NCBI GenBank assembly: GCA_002269645.1
Contig: NIVC01002324.1
Span: 119,653 to 183,652 of the forward strand
Direction of reading: 5' to 3'
Length of the DNA stretch: 64,000 nt
Origin: Macrostomum lignano
Taxonomy: Eukaryota
Numbering within the stretch: position 1 is the stretch's first letter; the number at the start of each line of letters is the position of its first letter. The notes below the pieces were generated by a model. The model did not search any database. It was not told where the DNA came from and was given only the letters and a program-made list of their open reading frames with translations. The translations under genes were made by a program, and so were the position numbers. Positions 1 through 12,651 of this stretch are shown piece by piece.

Positions 1-1019
1 ACCCTACTGAAAGTAACAAGTTCAACATATTGACATCTTAATTTACAGAGTTAGAATCTTTGGTGATTTATTATCTAAACAACCATGCTACTCTACGACC
101 ACTGCTACGATTACAACTACCCTCCCCCAGATTTGAGAACCTGGCTATTGGAGTAAAAGGAGAAGAAATTTGTTGAGATTTGTTTGTGCAATTTTTCTGG
201 CTTTATTTGCGTGAACACAATGCCGGTAGCAATTTGGGTGCAGCCCATTTTGGCGAAGGAATTTTCGGTGAAAGACATTTCGGCAAAAATGAATTTTTAG
301 TTTAAATCAGTATACATTTTGGTGAAAGAAAGTAGTATGTAGGCCTATATGTATCAGTAATTGCAAATATATATATTAGTTATTGAAGCTTTTAATAAAT
401 TATTCATTGCTGCAATTTATTTGCAGTTAGAAAATAAAAAAAATCATGACTTAGCCAGTAGCTATATTATGTACATGCGGGATCTATCAATATGCAATCG
501 AGAGATTAGGGATTATGACGGTGTGTATAACTTGTATAAATCCCGCCGTAACGGAACTACATCCGATAAAACAACTGAATTAAACTGCAACAGAACAAAA
601 AAACATGTCACAATAAAATTAGTCTTTATAAAGTTCATTTCTTCTTAACTTTCTTCTACGAGCATAAAACAATAAAAACTCTTCACCCAACCTTGAAACA
701 AATCTTTTGCCGAAATGGTCAGCTTTTAGATGAAATGGTCATTGCAAAAGTGTTTTTCACCATCAAGATTTTGAGAAGCTCAAAGATCTTCTCAAAAGTG
801 AATCACAATTCCATACATGCGCAACTGCTGGCCGACCTGGCCGATCCGGCCACCGTAAATCGTGGCTGACCAGGGGTAAGTCGCAAAATTGAGTCAACCA
901 AAAACAGAAAAACACAAGAACCAAGAAAGGCAAGAGGAAAGCGAAAAAAAGAGCAGTTCAGGGAAAATGGTGAAGCAAAAGAAAAACAATCCGCAAAAGA
1001 AGCAAACTAAGTTGTAAAA

Positions 1020-1440
1020 ATAATCAGGTAAGTCGCAAAAAGGATCAGGTAAGTCGCAAAAGGATCAGCTAAGTCACAAAAGGATTAGGTAAGTCGCAAA
1101 AGGATCAGGTAAGTCGCAAAAGGATTAGTTAAGTCGCAAAAGGGTTAGGTAAGTCGCAAAAAGGATTAGGTAAGTCGCAAAAAGGATTAAGTAAGTCGCA
1201 AAAAGGATTAGGTAAGTCGCAAAAAGGATTAAGTAAGTCGCAAAAAGGATTAGGTAAGTCGCAAAAGGGTTAGGTAAGTCGCAAAAGGGTTAGGTAAGTC
1301 GCAAAAGGATTAGGTAAGTCGCAAAAAGGATTAAGTAAGTCGCAAAAAGGATTAGGTAAGTCGCAAAAAGGATTAGGTAAGTCGCAAAAAGGATTAGGTA
1401 AGTCGCAAAAAGAAGCAACTAAGTCGCAATAAGAGGGAAG
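1020..1440. repeat. 21-22-bp tandem repeat GGTAAGTCGCAAAAAGGATTA inside the hAT-like element
   Basis: About 20 adjacent copies read directly; the same GGTAAGTCGC motif occurs at 876-885 and 3731-3740 (subterminal). Confidence 0.9.
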
Positions 1441-1665
1441 TAAGTCACAATCAGAGGCAATCAGGGGGTAGTAGGTGCAGGTGTGGCAGGAGAGCAAAAA
1501 CAGAATAGAAGCCTTCAACAACAGACAAGATCTTTGAAATCAGAAGCCCGCGTCAACAGTTTCCCATTGATTTCTTAAACTCTGGAGCAGGGGTTGGCAA
1601 ACTCCGGCTCGCGAAGCCCCTCTATCTGGCCCTCGCCCCTCGGGTTCTTTGAAACTTCCTAACTA

Positions 1666-2506
1666 CGAGGGGCGTCCGGAAAGTAGTGTTACTTTTGCTT
1701 GGTGTGGACGTGTGGACAGTCACACTTGCATGTGCTTGGTGTCATTTGAAAGCGGCAAGTCTCTTCTTTAAAATGACACCAATTGCAAGAGATTTAAATC
1801 TGTGCTTCAAGAGATATGGACGATTAAGTAGAGAAAGGTCAGTCATAGACTTACAGAACCTCAAAAATGTCAACAGAAAACTTTTACGATTTTATCGATT
1901 TTTTCGTAATCATGGGCTGTCTATGGCCAAATGTGATGCAGTGAACGAGAGGGGCTGTCTCATAAAACTACGAGACTTGTAAAACTGCTTCTGCTGCGCC
2001 TGCAAAGTTTATTGACATTCAATTTTCCATTGTGAACTGCAAATGGATGTGCATTCAAAGACTGGGCAGCGACATGCCATCTTTACACTTTGGAGCTCCG
2101 GAACCAAATCGGCTGACATCCACAGGCAACTTTGCACAGCTCATGGCGACCATGCTGTCAGCAAGATGACAAGTCTGCCAACCGATGAATGATTTTAATG
2201 TTGTTCGCTTGTGTGATAATTTGCTTGTTATCTGTTTCACCTGCTTCTGTACTGTACTGTTGTGTTTTTTGTTTTTTCTGGAGTAATTACGCTCGTGATA
2301 AAAGTTTTCTGTTGACATTTTTAAGGTTCTGTAAGTCTATGACTGACCTTTCTCTACTTAATCGTCCATATCTCTTGAAGCACAGATTCAAATCTCTTGC
2401 AATTGGTGTCATTTTAAAGAAGAGACTTGCCGCTTTCAAATGACACCAAGCACATGCAAGTGTGACTGTCCATACGTCCACACCAAGCAAAAGTAACACT
2501 ACTTTC
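1666..2506 (+). mobile_element. Internally deleted mariner (Tc1/mariner) element with about 208-bp inverted repeats
   Basis: Starts TA|CGAGGGGCGTCCGGAAAG (mariner-type end); near-perfect inverted repeat 1679-1886 vs 2299-2506 (ORF-track peptides at 1686+ and 2499- are identical); the outermost ~13 bp of the right end are missing. Confidence 0.75.
2043..2192 (+). pseudogene. Truncated mariner transposase N-terminal HTH fragment
   Basis: Translates MDVHSKTGQRHAIFTLWSSGTKSADIHRQLCTAHGDHAVSKMT-SLPTDE*, resembling the mariner N-terminal HTH pattern (R..I.F....G.S..EIHR.L...YGD..lS..TV); breaks off after KMT. Confidence 0.7.
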
Positions 2507-2544
2507 TTAAGGTTGGTAACATTACTTAGGTTGGTGTCTCTTCA

Positions 2545-3215
2545 ACTCTCATCTCTCTCTTCTTCTCTACCTTGCCTCCCCTCTTCTCTCTCTCCCCCTT
2601 TTCCCTCTTCTCTCTCCTCTCATTTTTACTCTCCTCTCTTCTCCCCCTTTCTCTCTACCCTTTCTCCTCAATGCCCTCTTCTCTCCTCTTATCTTCAGCA
2701 AAAATATGTGCATATTTTCTTACTTCAAAGTAGAGGGAATAGAAGATTAGAGATAAGCAAACAGAGGAGAGGCGAGCGATGCGATGGGAGAAAAGATAGA
2801 ATAGGAGAGAAAAGCTGAGGGAGGAAAAAGAGATGAGAGAGAAGAGGAGATGAGAGGAAAGAGGAAAGAAAAGATGATGGATGAGATCAGAAGAGAGGAA
2901 AGAGGAAAGAGAAGAAAGTAGATGAGAGAAGAGAGGATAAAGAGGAGATGAGAGGAGAGTGAAGAGAGGAGAGATGAGAGAGTAGAAAAGAGAGGAGAGA
3001 TAAGATGAGAGAGTAGAGTGGAGAGAGACGAGAGGGAAGATAAGATGAGAGTAGAGTGGAATGGAGAGAGACGAGAGGAGAGATAAGAAAGTAGAGAGGA
3101 GACAGAAGAGATAGGAGAGGAGAGGAAAGAGAGGAGAGAGGAGAGGAAAGAGAGAAAGGATAAGGGATGAGAGAGAAAAGAAAAAGAGGATGAGAAGATT
3201 GAGGAATGGAGAGAA
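2545..3215. repeat. Polypyrimidine tract followed by polypurine tract (low complexity)
   Basis: CT-rich about 2545-2695, then GA-rich about 2755-3215; source of spurious Ser/Leu ORFs. Confidence 0.85.
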
Positions 3216-3894
3216 TTTGCAAAGGCCTCAAATCTTAGTTTAACATGCATTACTCCCATCTTTGCCTTTTTCTTAACTGTTAACAAGTTTTTGTTTGAGC
3301 ATGACTTCAAATTTAGAATCTATGCAAAAATAGTTCCGGGAAATAGAATTCAGTGGTTTAAAAATCTGTGGGTTTTCACAGCTTGTATCTCTACTGGATT
3401 CGTATTCTGCATCTGATGAGCCATCTGAATCAGGGCTCTCATCTTCCATGCCAAATCGTCTAGCAAATCGTTCTTGAGCTATAGGTCACACTGTATTCAC
3501 TTCACTTACTTCTGGACATTCATGAATCATGACTTTTGTAGTATGCTCACTACACTGTACTGACAATTTACTAATTGCTTCATGCCGCCACTAGATGACA
3601 TACTGATTAGCTGTTATAAAAACGCCGAATCTGCACGCAGCACTAATTAGCTGGCGAGGCATTTAGCTTTAAAAATATGGTCATAGTTACTCCTGCCGTT
3701 TACCTAACGTTTTTGCTTGGCTATTTTATAGGTAAGTCGCATTTTTTATCGAAAACTAAGTCGCACGGCCAGCGTAATTTCAGAAGTTGCGCATGTATGC
3801 ACAATTCACTATCGACTTTTGCCGAAAATTCTTTCACCAAAGTGGGTTGAAACCTAGCAATTCAAATGTGGAATCTGCCCTACTTGACTGGTAT

Positions 3895-4568
3895 TAGAGC
3901 TGTCACAAGATCTTGATGAGACAAGATTTGAGACAAGATCTCGACATTTTTTCTTATCTCGAGAAATCTCAAATTTTGTCAAGAAATTCAAGACGAGATT
4001 CAAGAATTTTTCTGATATCTTTTTTCAAAAGCTTTTAAGTGATAAAATATAAAAAGGGGAGCAAATTTTCATATAAATATAACTGTTTGTTGTAACACGC
4101 TTGATAGGGCAATTTTCAAATGGTAAAATCTAGCCAATGTCGAGCAGTTTTGGTTATTTAACGAACATCATTATATACAAGCTTGCATTGCATATGCGCT
4201 CTTTTAGTTATCATTTCAGTTCTGCAGCAAGGTGTATCATAGCAGACTCGAAGACAGTTAGACAATCTACATAGGTCTTTTGACGAATTAGTAATAGACA
4301 TAGTAGGGTCAAGGGCCTATATGCTACAAGCATAAATGCTTATGAATAAATAGCAAAGAATTAAAACTAGAATTAAAAAAGTATTCTGGAAAATCTAAAA
4401 AATATATTTTAGAATTGTATCTTATCAAGAAATTTAAGACAAGATGCAATTCTGAAATATATTTTTTTTAGATTTACTTCATCTTGTCTCGTCTTGAAAT
4501 TCTCGACTTATAAGCCTTTCTTGTCTCGAATCTCGTCTCAAATAAAATCTCTAATTTTGACAGCTCTA
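3895..4568. mobile_element. hAT-like MITE (674 bp)
   Basis: TIR TAGAGCTGTCA (3895-3905) / TGACAGCTCTA (4558-4568); 8-bp TSD ACTGGTAT (3887-3894, 4569-4576); subterminal GAGACAAGAT/ATCTTGTCTC motifs in inverted orientation. Confidence 0.88.
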
Positions 4569-4872
4569 ACTGGTATTATCAACTAATTTTAAATTAACCC
4601 ATTCTAAGAAAAATCTTCTCCATCCCTACCTCAATACTATGGCACTTTCCTGCATAATTAATTCAATTTCAGATTTCTACTTCAATTTAAAACTCTTTAC
4701 TTTACTTAGTCTAGGCTCCATAGTTGGGATTATACTTGGTGCATGCCAAACAAAAATTTAAGAGTTATATCTTTTTTCCACTTAATACTAGGCCTAACTC
4801 TTCCGCAAGATTCTATGAAGTGCATGCCAGGTATGCATACTATGCAGGCACATAATTTTCTTAAGAATCATG

Positions 4873-5435
4873 CCACAGCCAGGAAGACGGTAGAATCCTC
4901 GGAATTTTCCGGCGCAAATCAGCAATTTGCCGGCGCACGGCGCACACTTCACTGCGCCGCGCGCATGGGCTCGGCGCATCGGCGCATGGCTCGGTGCATC
5001 GGTGCATGGCTCGGCGCATGGCGCACAAGGTACGTCAGTGTACGTGAGAATATAATAATGAATGATAAAAAACGTATATTAAATGTCAATCAATCAATAA
5101 AATAAACAATAGTCGATACGATAGTCGTTATTTCCAATGTTGTTTCTATTTCAAATTTTATTAATCGACTTAACAAACTTAACAAATTTGCGCCTTTCGC
5201 GGCTTTTGTTGCATCTTTTTGCTTATATTTTGCAAATAGAAGCCATGATTGAACTGCTTGAACTTCCATTGATATTGATTCAATTTAGATACTTAATACT
5301 TGATGGTGCTTTTTCAAGTGTATTTTTCTCGGCGCATGGCGCACAAGTAATTTTTTTTTCTCGGCGCACGCGGCGCACAACAAAAATTTTGATGGATGTT
5401 ATTCCGGCGCACACGCTGCACCTTCCTGACCATGG
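4873..5435. mobile_element. hAT-like MITE (563 bp) with GGCGCA subterminal repeats
   Basis: Imperfect TIR CCACAGCCAGGAAG / CTTCCTGACCATGG (11/14 match); 8-bp TSD GAATCATG (4865-4872, 5436-5443); clustered GGCGCA motifs near both ends. Confidence 0.7.
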
Positions 5436-6377
5436 GAATCATGCAACCAACTATGTGCGCCTAAATTTAGGCATGCAAGGCCAATACATATCCAAATGTT
5501 TGGGCATACTCTACATGATCCTGAGTGTGGTCTAGGCTCAATTTATCTAAAGATGTCAAGACACCTCAGCTTAGCATTTGTCATGTCAATAAAAAAGAAA
5601 TATGTTCTGCAAATTAAAGACCTTCAACTTAAAAAATAATGGCAAATTGCATTCCATGAATTAGAAAGACGTCTAAGGCCTAGTCTAGTTAACATTCGAA
5701 CGCCGAATACACATTTTAGAGTCAATTTTGAGGCCTATCAAGGAGAACCATTATTTAGCCTACACTAAACCAGATAGATCATAGGCCTAGGTGAGTAGGT
5801 CCTAGGACAGTTAAAACATAAACCATAAAATTGAAATAATTTTTGTAAAAAAGAACTAAATAGCGAAGAGTAATACTAACGCACTTGGCAATCTCTTGCG
5901 GAATATTTAATCGGATGTCAATGGTTTTAAGTCGATATTTTTCGTGAGGTGAGACAGATAACAGATGTAGAAGAATCAAATATCAGTAAAAATTATTGTT
6001 TTTTTCTTTACATCAAATTTTCTTGTACAAGATCGTTTGTATGCTGTATTTTTTAAGTCCACGTTTAATGTCTGTTTTCATAGCAAAATACACAAAACAA
6101 TGTTTTATAAGCGGATACATGTATTTTCCTAAAAAAACTTTTGTTATACCTTTTGTTTACAAATATAATGGATCCGTAAATGCCCTTAGTTTCTTGATTG
6201 CTTTTCGGCCAGACTTCCCCAATTATTTTATTAATATTATAAAGATTTGGATTGACAGTTTATAATTTTACGTCTAGATTGACTATACTGGAACAAGGAC
6301 CACTGTATACGAGCGTACACACAGCTATTATACAGTGGTCCTTTTATACAGGAATTCAATATAGACAGATAAAGGAG

Positions 6378-6556
6378 CAGTAGCGGATTTAGAGGGGGGC
6401 GCACAGGGCGCGCGCCCCCCCGTTGAGTTTGATTTTTTTGACTTTTTATATAGAAAATACACATTTATCATGAACACATACGTGTACATGATATGCATAT
6501 ATATGTACCTTAGTAGTCTGTGCCCCCCCGTTCAAAATTTTCTGGATCCGCTACTG
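6378..6556. mobile_element. hAT-like MITE (179 bp)
   Basis: Perfect TIR CAGTAGCGGAT / ATCCGCTACTG; 8-bp TSD TAAAGGAG (6370-6377, 6557-6564); internal GGGGGGCGCAC / GTGCCCCCCC arms. Confidence 0.92.
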
Positions 6557-7854
6557 TAAAGGAGTAGGATTGTTGGTTTATGGATTTGGATCTAACCTGT
6601 GGATTTCGATCCCAACCTGCATTTACAAGATTTATGTATATTTACATTATTTCACGTTATTTTTATTAATGTATGTATATATATTTACAGGATTACAGGA
6701 TATACTATATGTATATGTAAGTGCCACTGTAGATCAGCAGTTTAAAGGATTGAATTGGCCAGGTCTTATGATTTGAATTCGGCTTAAGCAGGCGCAGCTT
6801 CGCCATCCGGGCCGAAGTGGGGACTGCAGGGACCGCCAAATCTTGTGACCCGTAATGGAAATAAAGAACGTTGTTTTAGGGCGCCAAAATAATGAGTTTC
6901 TGCGGTGCCAATCAGTATTTGGAACACCGATTTCCAAAAAATCTAGGAATTTTCGTTTGGGATTCGCGGTTTTGTACGTCTTCCCAACCATTAAAATCCA
7001 TGGTGACACCGCTGCATCAAATAGAAATCAAATATACCTTCTTGTAGCACGAATGCAAAATACGCTAATTATAGTTGGCTGGGGATCAAAAGGATATACA
7101 CGTACTTCATCTCCAAAGTCTCAGCAGGACCGTAGGCAAAAAATGGACAGACTCCATATCGGCACCAATTGATTAATGAGCCTTTTGTCTTGCCGACAGA
7201 AATTGAAAAGGAATTCCTGCGAGGATCACGATCATTATTCATGTGATCTCTGCCAGGCCGCGGCCGCTATCAAGTATAGAAGACGTTTGTTCGTGTTGTA
7301 ATTTTCTGCAGAGCGGCTCGATTGATTTATGATGGCCTGTCGCTGGGGCACTGCCGTTCGGGATGGTGGGATCGGGGAGTCAATAGTTGTAGCAGCTTCT
7401 GACCAGCGCGAATAGTTTTGGCGCCGGAATCGTAAATCAAGCGGTGGGGAGTTGAGCGCGCGGGGTCCAGAGGGGATGGGGTCAGCTCTCCATCTCCCTG
7501 GCGGCTGGAACCGAATGCCAAATACAGAAAATGGCGCTTCGCGCAACCAGCAGCAATTTGCGCGGATCGTCACGTGTTGCGCATAATGCATGGCATTAAC
7601 TTCTTCTGCTTCTGCGCGTTGTGTCTTGACCTCTTGTATTAGGCATCATCATCATGTGGCGCTTGTGGGCCGACTTTCTAAATTTAGGTCTCGAACCAAT
7701 TTTGCTTGCTTGTAAGTGCAAATTTAGTTACATAGGGCAATACTTTTTTGCACGTGACGCTGTGGTGATGCACTCCAACAGGCTGCCTACTTTGTGAGTG
7801 AGGGTGAGAGTTGTAGGGGTTTTCTCTCCGGCGTTCAGAGGCGATTTGCTCATT

Positions 7855-8060
7855 TCTACTCTCTACTTTCTCCACTCCCTCCTCTCTCTCCCCCTCTTCC
7901 CCTCTCTCCCCTCCTTCCCCTCTCCTCTCTTTCCCCTCTTTCCCCTCTCTCCCCTCCTTCCCCTCTCCTCTCTTTCCCCTCTATCCTCTCTCTCCCCTCC
8001 TTCCCCTCTCCTCTCTTTCCTCTCTCTCCCTCTCTCCTTTCCTCTCTCCTAGGCCTCTCT
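7855..8060. repeat. CT-rich low-complexity tract
   Basis: Nearly pure C/T sequence. Confidence 0.85.
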
Positions 8061-8565
8061 CATATCACTTCTACTCTTTCTTCTACTTTACTTCCTTTTT
8101 CTCTACCCCAGCTAATTGCATTCTCATCTCCCTCTTTTGTTCCCGTATCTCTCCTCAAACCTCTCTTTTCTCCCATACTGGTTTTTCTCCCCTCCATCAT
8201 CTTCCAGTCTCCTCTCTATTTCTACCTGATTCTGAGCTCCATGTCTCACTTCCATCTGCACGTGTTCCCTTACATTATAAGCTTAAAGTTACTCACAGAA
8301 AAATCATGCATTAGATCCAGGACAAAATTAATTTTCATAGTCATAATTTTTCAGTCCTCCGATGTTGCTGCAGCGGGTCACGTGGACAGGGCAATCATGT
8401 TCTCAACCCCAATGCCTGCGTGACTATTGGCCAGGCCTTGGCACGACAACTGAAGGCAATAAAATATGATTTGTTGCACCACTGGTAGAGGGACTACGGG
8501 ACGGGTCATTGTGGGACGAGAAAGCCTTTTGAACGAGAATGCCACGGAATGCCTAGTCTGCTTTT

Positions 8566-9083
8566 ATCTATCTATCTATCTAGCTAGCATTTATCTAGCT
8601 AGTATCTATCTAGCTAGTATCTATCTAGCTAGTATCTATCTAACTAGCATCTCTCTATCTAGTATCTATCTAACTAGCATCTCTCTATCTAGCATCTATC
8701 TAGCTTGCATCTATCTAGCTAGCATCTCTCTAGCTAGCATCTATCTAGCTAGCATCTCTCTATCTAGCATCTATCTAGCTTGCATCTATCTAGCTAGCAT
8801 CTCTCTAGCTAGCATCTATCTAGCTAGCATCTCTCTAGCTAGCATCTATCTAGCTAGCAAGCTAGCATTTATCTAGCTATCATCTATCTAGCTAGTATCT
8901 CTCTAGCTAGCATCTACTCGTATCTAGCTAGCATCTATCTAGCTAGCATCTATCTATCTAGCATCTCTCTAGCTAGCATCTATCTGGCTTGCTTCTATCT
9001 AGCTAGCATCAATCTAGCTTGCATCTATCTAGCTAGCATCTATCTAGCTTGCATCTATCTAGCTAGCATCTCTCTAGCTAGCA
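8566..9083 (-). repeat. 15-bp satellite arm (TAGCTAGCATCTATC)n
   Basis: Period 15 read directly; reverse complement of the array at 9620-10620. Confidence 0.9.
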
Positions 9084-9619
9084 TATAAGACCATGACCAG
9101 TCGAACCAATACTAGGCTGCTACATTAGAGAGCTGAAGTGAAATGATGTGTCTGGATTTCTATTTACTGTTCCAGCTAAAGTTCAACCATAGACAAAATG
9201 TTTGCCCGAGAAATCTAGGCATTATAAAACTGCTTCTCTGCGTAGGTCAGCAGGGCAGTGCTGGCCATAGACTATGGCTGTTAATTCAGCACTCTTTCTA
9301 TATGCAAAACACTAAGCTTTGCTGTGCTTTTGTCTGGGAAACACCCAGTTTTCCGTGTTAGCCCTGGGTTCGCTTAAGCACGTGGCCGTCTAGAAAAGAA
9401 GGATAGCTTGAAACCCAAACCCAAAAGCAGACAAGGTTGTAAATCAATTGCTGCGTTGCTTTGCAGGCAGAGCCGGCAGTGACTTTACAGGGGCAGGGGC
9501 GGGGTTGGCAGAATTTTATAGTTTAACTATGGCTGCTTTGAGTGGCAACCGCCCTATGCAGATGACGGTAAAAAGGGACCAAGTCGATTTATCTATCTAG
9601 CCACAGAAATAAATGCTGG

Positions 9620-10620
9620 ATGCTAGCTATACTCGTAGATAGATGCTAGCTATAGAGAGATTCGAGCTAGATAGATAGATGCTATAAATAGATAGATGCT
9701 AGCTTGATAAATGCTAGCTAGATAGATGCTAGCTGGATAGATGCTAGCCAGATAGATGCTAGCTAGATAGATGCTAGCCAGATAAATGCTAGCTAGATAG
9801 ATGCTAGCCAGATAAATGCTAGCCAGATAGATGCTAGCCAGATAGATGCTAGCTAGATAGATGCTAGCCAGATAAATGCTAGCTAGATAGATGCTAGCCA
9901 GATAAATGCTAGCTAGATAAATGCTAGCTAGATAGATGCTAGCCAGATAAATGCTAGCTAGATAGATGCTAGCCAGATAAATGCTAGCCAGATAGATGCT
10001 AGCCAGATAGATGCTAGCTAGATAGATGCTAGCCAGATAAATGCTAGCTAGATAGATGCTAGCCAGATAGATGCTAGCTAGATAAATGCTAGCTAGATAG
10101 ATGCTAGCCAGATAAATGCTAGCTAGATAGATGCTAGCTAGATAGATGCTAGCCAGATAGATGCTAGCCAGATAGATGCTAGCTAGATAGATGCTAGCCA
10201 GATAAATGCTAGCTAGATAGATGCTAGCTAGATAGATGCTAGCCAGATAAATGCTAGCTAGATAGATGCTAGCCAGATAGATGCTAGCCAGATAGATGCT
10301 AGCTAGATAGATGCTAGCCAGATAAATGCTAGCTAGATAGATGCTAGCTAGATAGATGCTAGCCAGATAGATGCTAGCCAGATAGATGCTAGCTAGATAG
10401 ATGCTAGCCAGATAAATGCTAGCTAGATAGATGCTAGCTAGATAGATGCTAGCCAGATAGATGCTAGCTAGAAAGATGCTAGCTAGAAAGATGCTAGCTA
10501 GATAGATGTTGGCTATTAGATAGATGCTAAATAGATAGATGCTAGCCAGATAGATGCTAGCTAGATAGATGCTAGATAGATAGATGTTAGCTATAGATAG
10601 ATGCTAGCTAGATAAATGCT
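9620..10620 (+). repeat. 15-bp satellite arm (GATAGATGCTAGCTA/CA)n
   Basis: Period 15; inverted relative to 8566-9083, with a ~540-bp unique spacer between the arms. Confidence 0.9.
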
Positions 10621-11084
10621 CATTTTTCTCGATTTTTACTGGCAGTTGGAAAGTAAAAATGGAGTGCAGAGAATTGATTTTATTTTCCATGCTCAGTCAA
10701 ATACCGAAGGCCCAGTGGACTTCCAATCCAGATAGCTGAATACCGGCAGTCCATGAAAACTGCGCCAAAGCGGCTGACTGATTTATGCCCCGACAGCCGC
10801 CCAGGTACAAAAAGCTGCAACACACACGCGGTCTATTTGAATAATTGGCCCGCCGTTCCGCAGTGCTGCAGAGCCGTCTCCGCTTTGACAGGCCCGGATG
10901 CTAATAAAAAACCTCCCTGACCCGATAGAGCGGCATAAATCAAAGGAAATTTGGATGGTATTAAGGGGGCTACGGGGTTGGCGGCAACAACTGTGCTCGC
11001 ATCTGCGATTACCTTTACCTGGGCTTGACGGCATGGAGCTGATATTGCAGTTCATTTGCATAGTTAGCGCCAATGTGCATCCAA

Positions 11085-12115
11085 GTTGGATGGAGTTGGC
11101 GCCAGTGTGCATCTAGTGATTGGAGTTGATTTGCAATGTACATCTAGCGATTGGATTTGATTTTCAATGTACATCTAGCGATTGGATTTGATTTTCAATG
11201 TACATCTAGCGATTGGATTTGATTTGCAATGTACATCTAGAGATTGGAGTTGATTTGCAATGTACATCTAGTGATTGGAGTTGATTTGCAATGTAAATCT
11301 AGCGATTGGATTTGATTTGCAATGTACATCTAGTGATTGGAGTTGATTTGCAATGTACATCTAGCGATTGGATTTGATTTGCAATGTACATCTAGCGATT
11401 GGAGTTGATTTGCAATGTACATCTAGCGATTGGATTTGATTTGCAATGTACATCTAGCGATTGGATTTGATTTGCAATGTACATCTAGTGATTGGAAGTG
11501 GTCCTGCAATGTACATCTAGCGATTGGAGTTGATTTGCAATGTACATCTAGCGATTGGATTTGATTTGCAATGTACATCTAGCGATTGGAGTTGATTTGC
11601 AATGTACATCTAGCGATTGGATTTGATTTGCAATGTACATCTAGCGATTGGATTTGATTTGCAATGTGGTAGCGATTGGATTTGATTTGCAATGTACATC
11701 TAGTGATTGGAAGTGGTCCTGCAATGTGCATCTAGTGATTGGAGTTGATTTGCAATGTACATATAGTGATTGGAATTGACGCCAATGTGCATCTAGTGAT
11801 TCGAGCTGGCGCCAATGTACATCTAGTGATTGGAGTTGGCGCCATTGTACATCTAGTGATTGGAATTGACGCCAATGTACATCTAGTGATTGGAATTGGC
11901 GCCATTGTACATCTAGTGATTGGAATTGACGCCAATGTACATCTAGTGATTGGAATTGGCGCCATTGTACATCTAGTGATTGGAATTGGCGCCATTGTAC
12001 ATCTAGTGATTGGAGTTGGTGCCATTGTACATCTAGTGATTGGAGTTGGTGCCATTGTACATCTAGTGATTGGAGTGGGCGCCAATGTGCATCTAGTGAT
12101 TGGAGTTGGCGCCAT
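11085..12115. repeat. Minisatellite: 31-bp unit changing to a related 30-bp unit
   Basis: TACATCTAGCGATTGGATTTGATTTGCAATG (31 bp) to about 11750, then ATCTAGTGATTGGAATTGGCGCCATTGTAC (30 bp). Confidence 0.9.
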
Positions 12116-12651
12116 CGCTGTGGCAGCAATGTGCCAATGAGAAGAAGAAACATGTCTATTAATTAATTAGCAATCGCAACTATTAACAACAGTGCCGCAA
12201 ATGCTGCAAAAATTTATTTGGATAAAAAAGCGCAAATTTTGTGGCATCCAGAAATGAATACGGAGTTAAAGACGGCGGCTCCCGATTCAGCGTAGGTACA
12301 AATTTTTAGATGCAGAATAGCTTATGACAGTAATTAGCGATTAGAGAGAAAAGTAGCAAGTAATTAGGCAGACAATTTACTAATTTGCTTGGCAATTATT
12401 TAGCAGCTCTGTTTTGATTAAGGCAAAGGTGAAATAAACCAATCAGCTACGAGTGTATATAGAGAAAAACTATCGAGTGGGGACAATTTTGGCGCGAATT
12501 TAAATTGAATTTGACGGCGTTTTGTTTCTCTAGTTTATCTTGGCGGGAATTTAAACTTTGACTTTATATCGTGTTGAATAACCAGATCAACTGTTAAGTT
12601 GTCTGCAATATGACATTGGGGAGCGGGAGAGTCAGATAGCAGGTTAATTAG

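Larger units (their letters stand above)
812..3799. mobile_element. Non-autonomous hAT-like DNA transposon (about 3 kb) with nested mariner relic and internal repeats
   Basis: Perfect 15-bp TIR CATACATGCGCAACT (812-826) / AGTTGCGCATGTATG (3785-3799); 8-bp TSD CACAATTC at 804-811 and 3800-3807; subterminal GCTGGCCG/CGGCCAGC and TAAGTCGCA motifs near both ends; no intact transposase. hAT assignment rests on the 8-bp TSD and CA terminus. Confidence 0.85.

Noticed and set aside
3413-3455. CTGATGAG, possible hammerhead ribozyme core
   Set aside because: No downstream GAAA or stem II/III pairing found.
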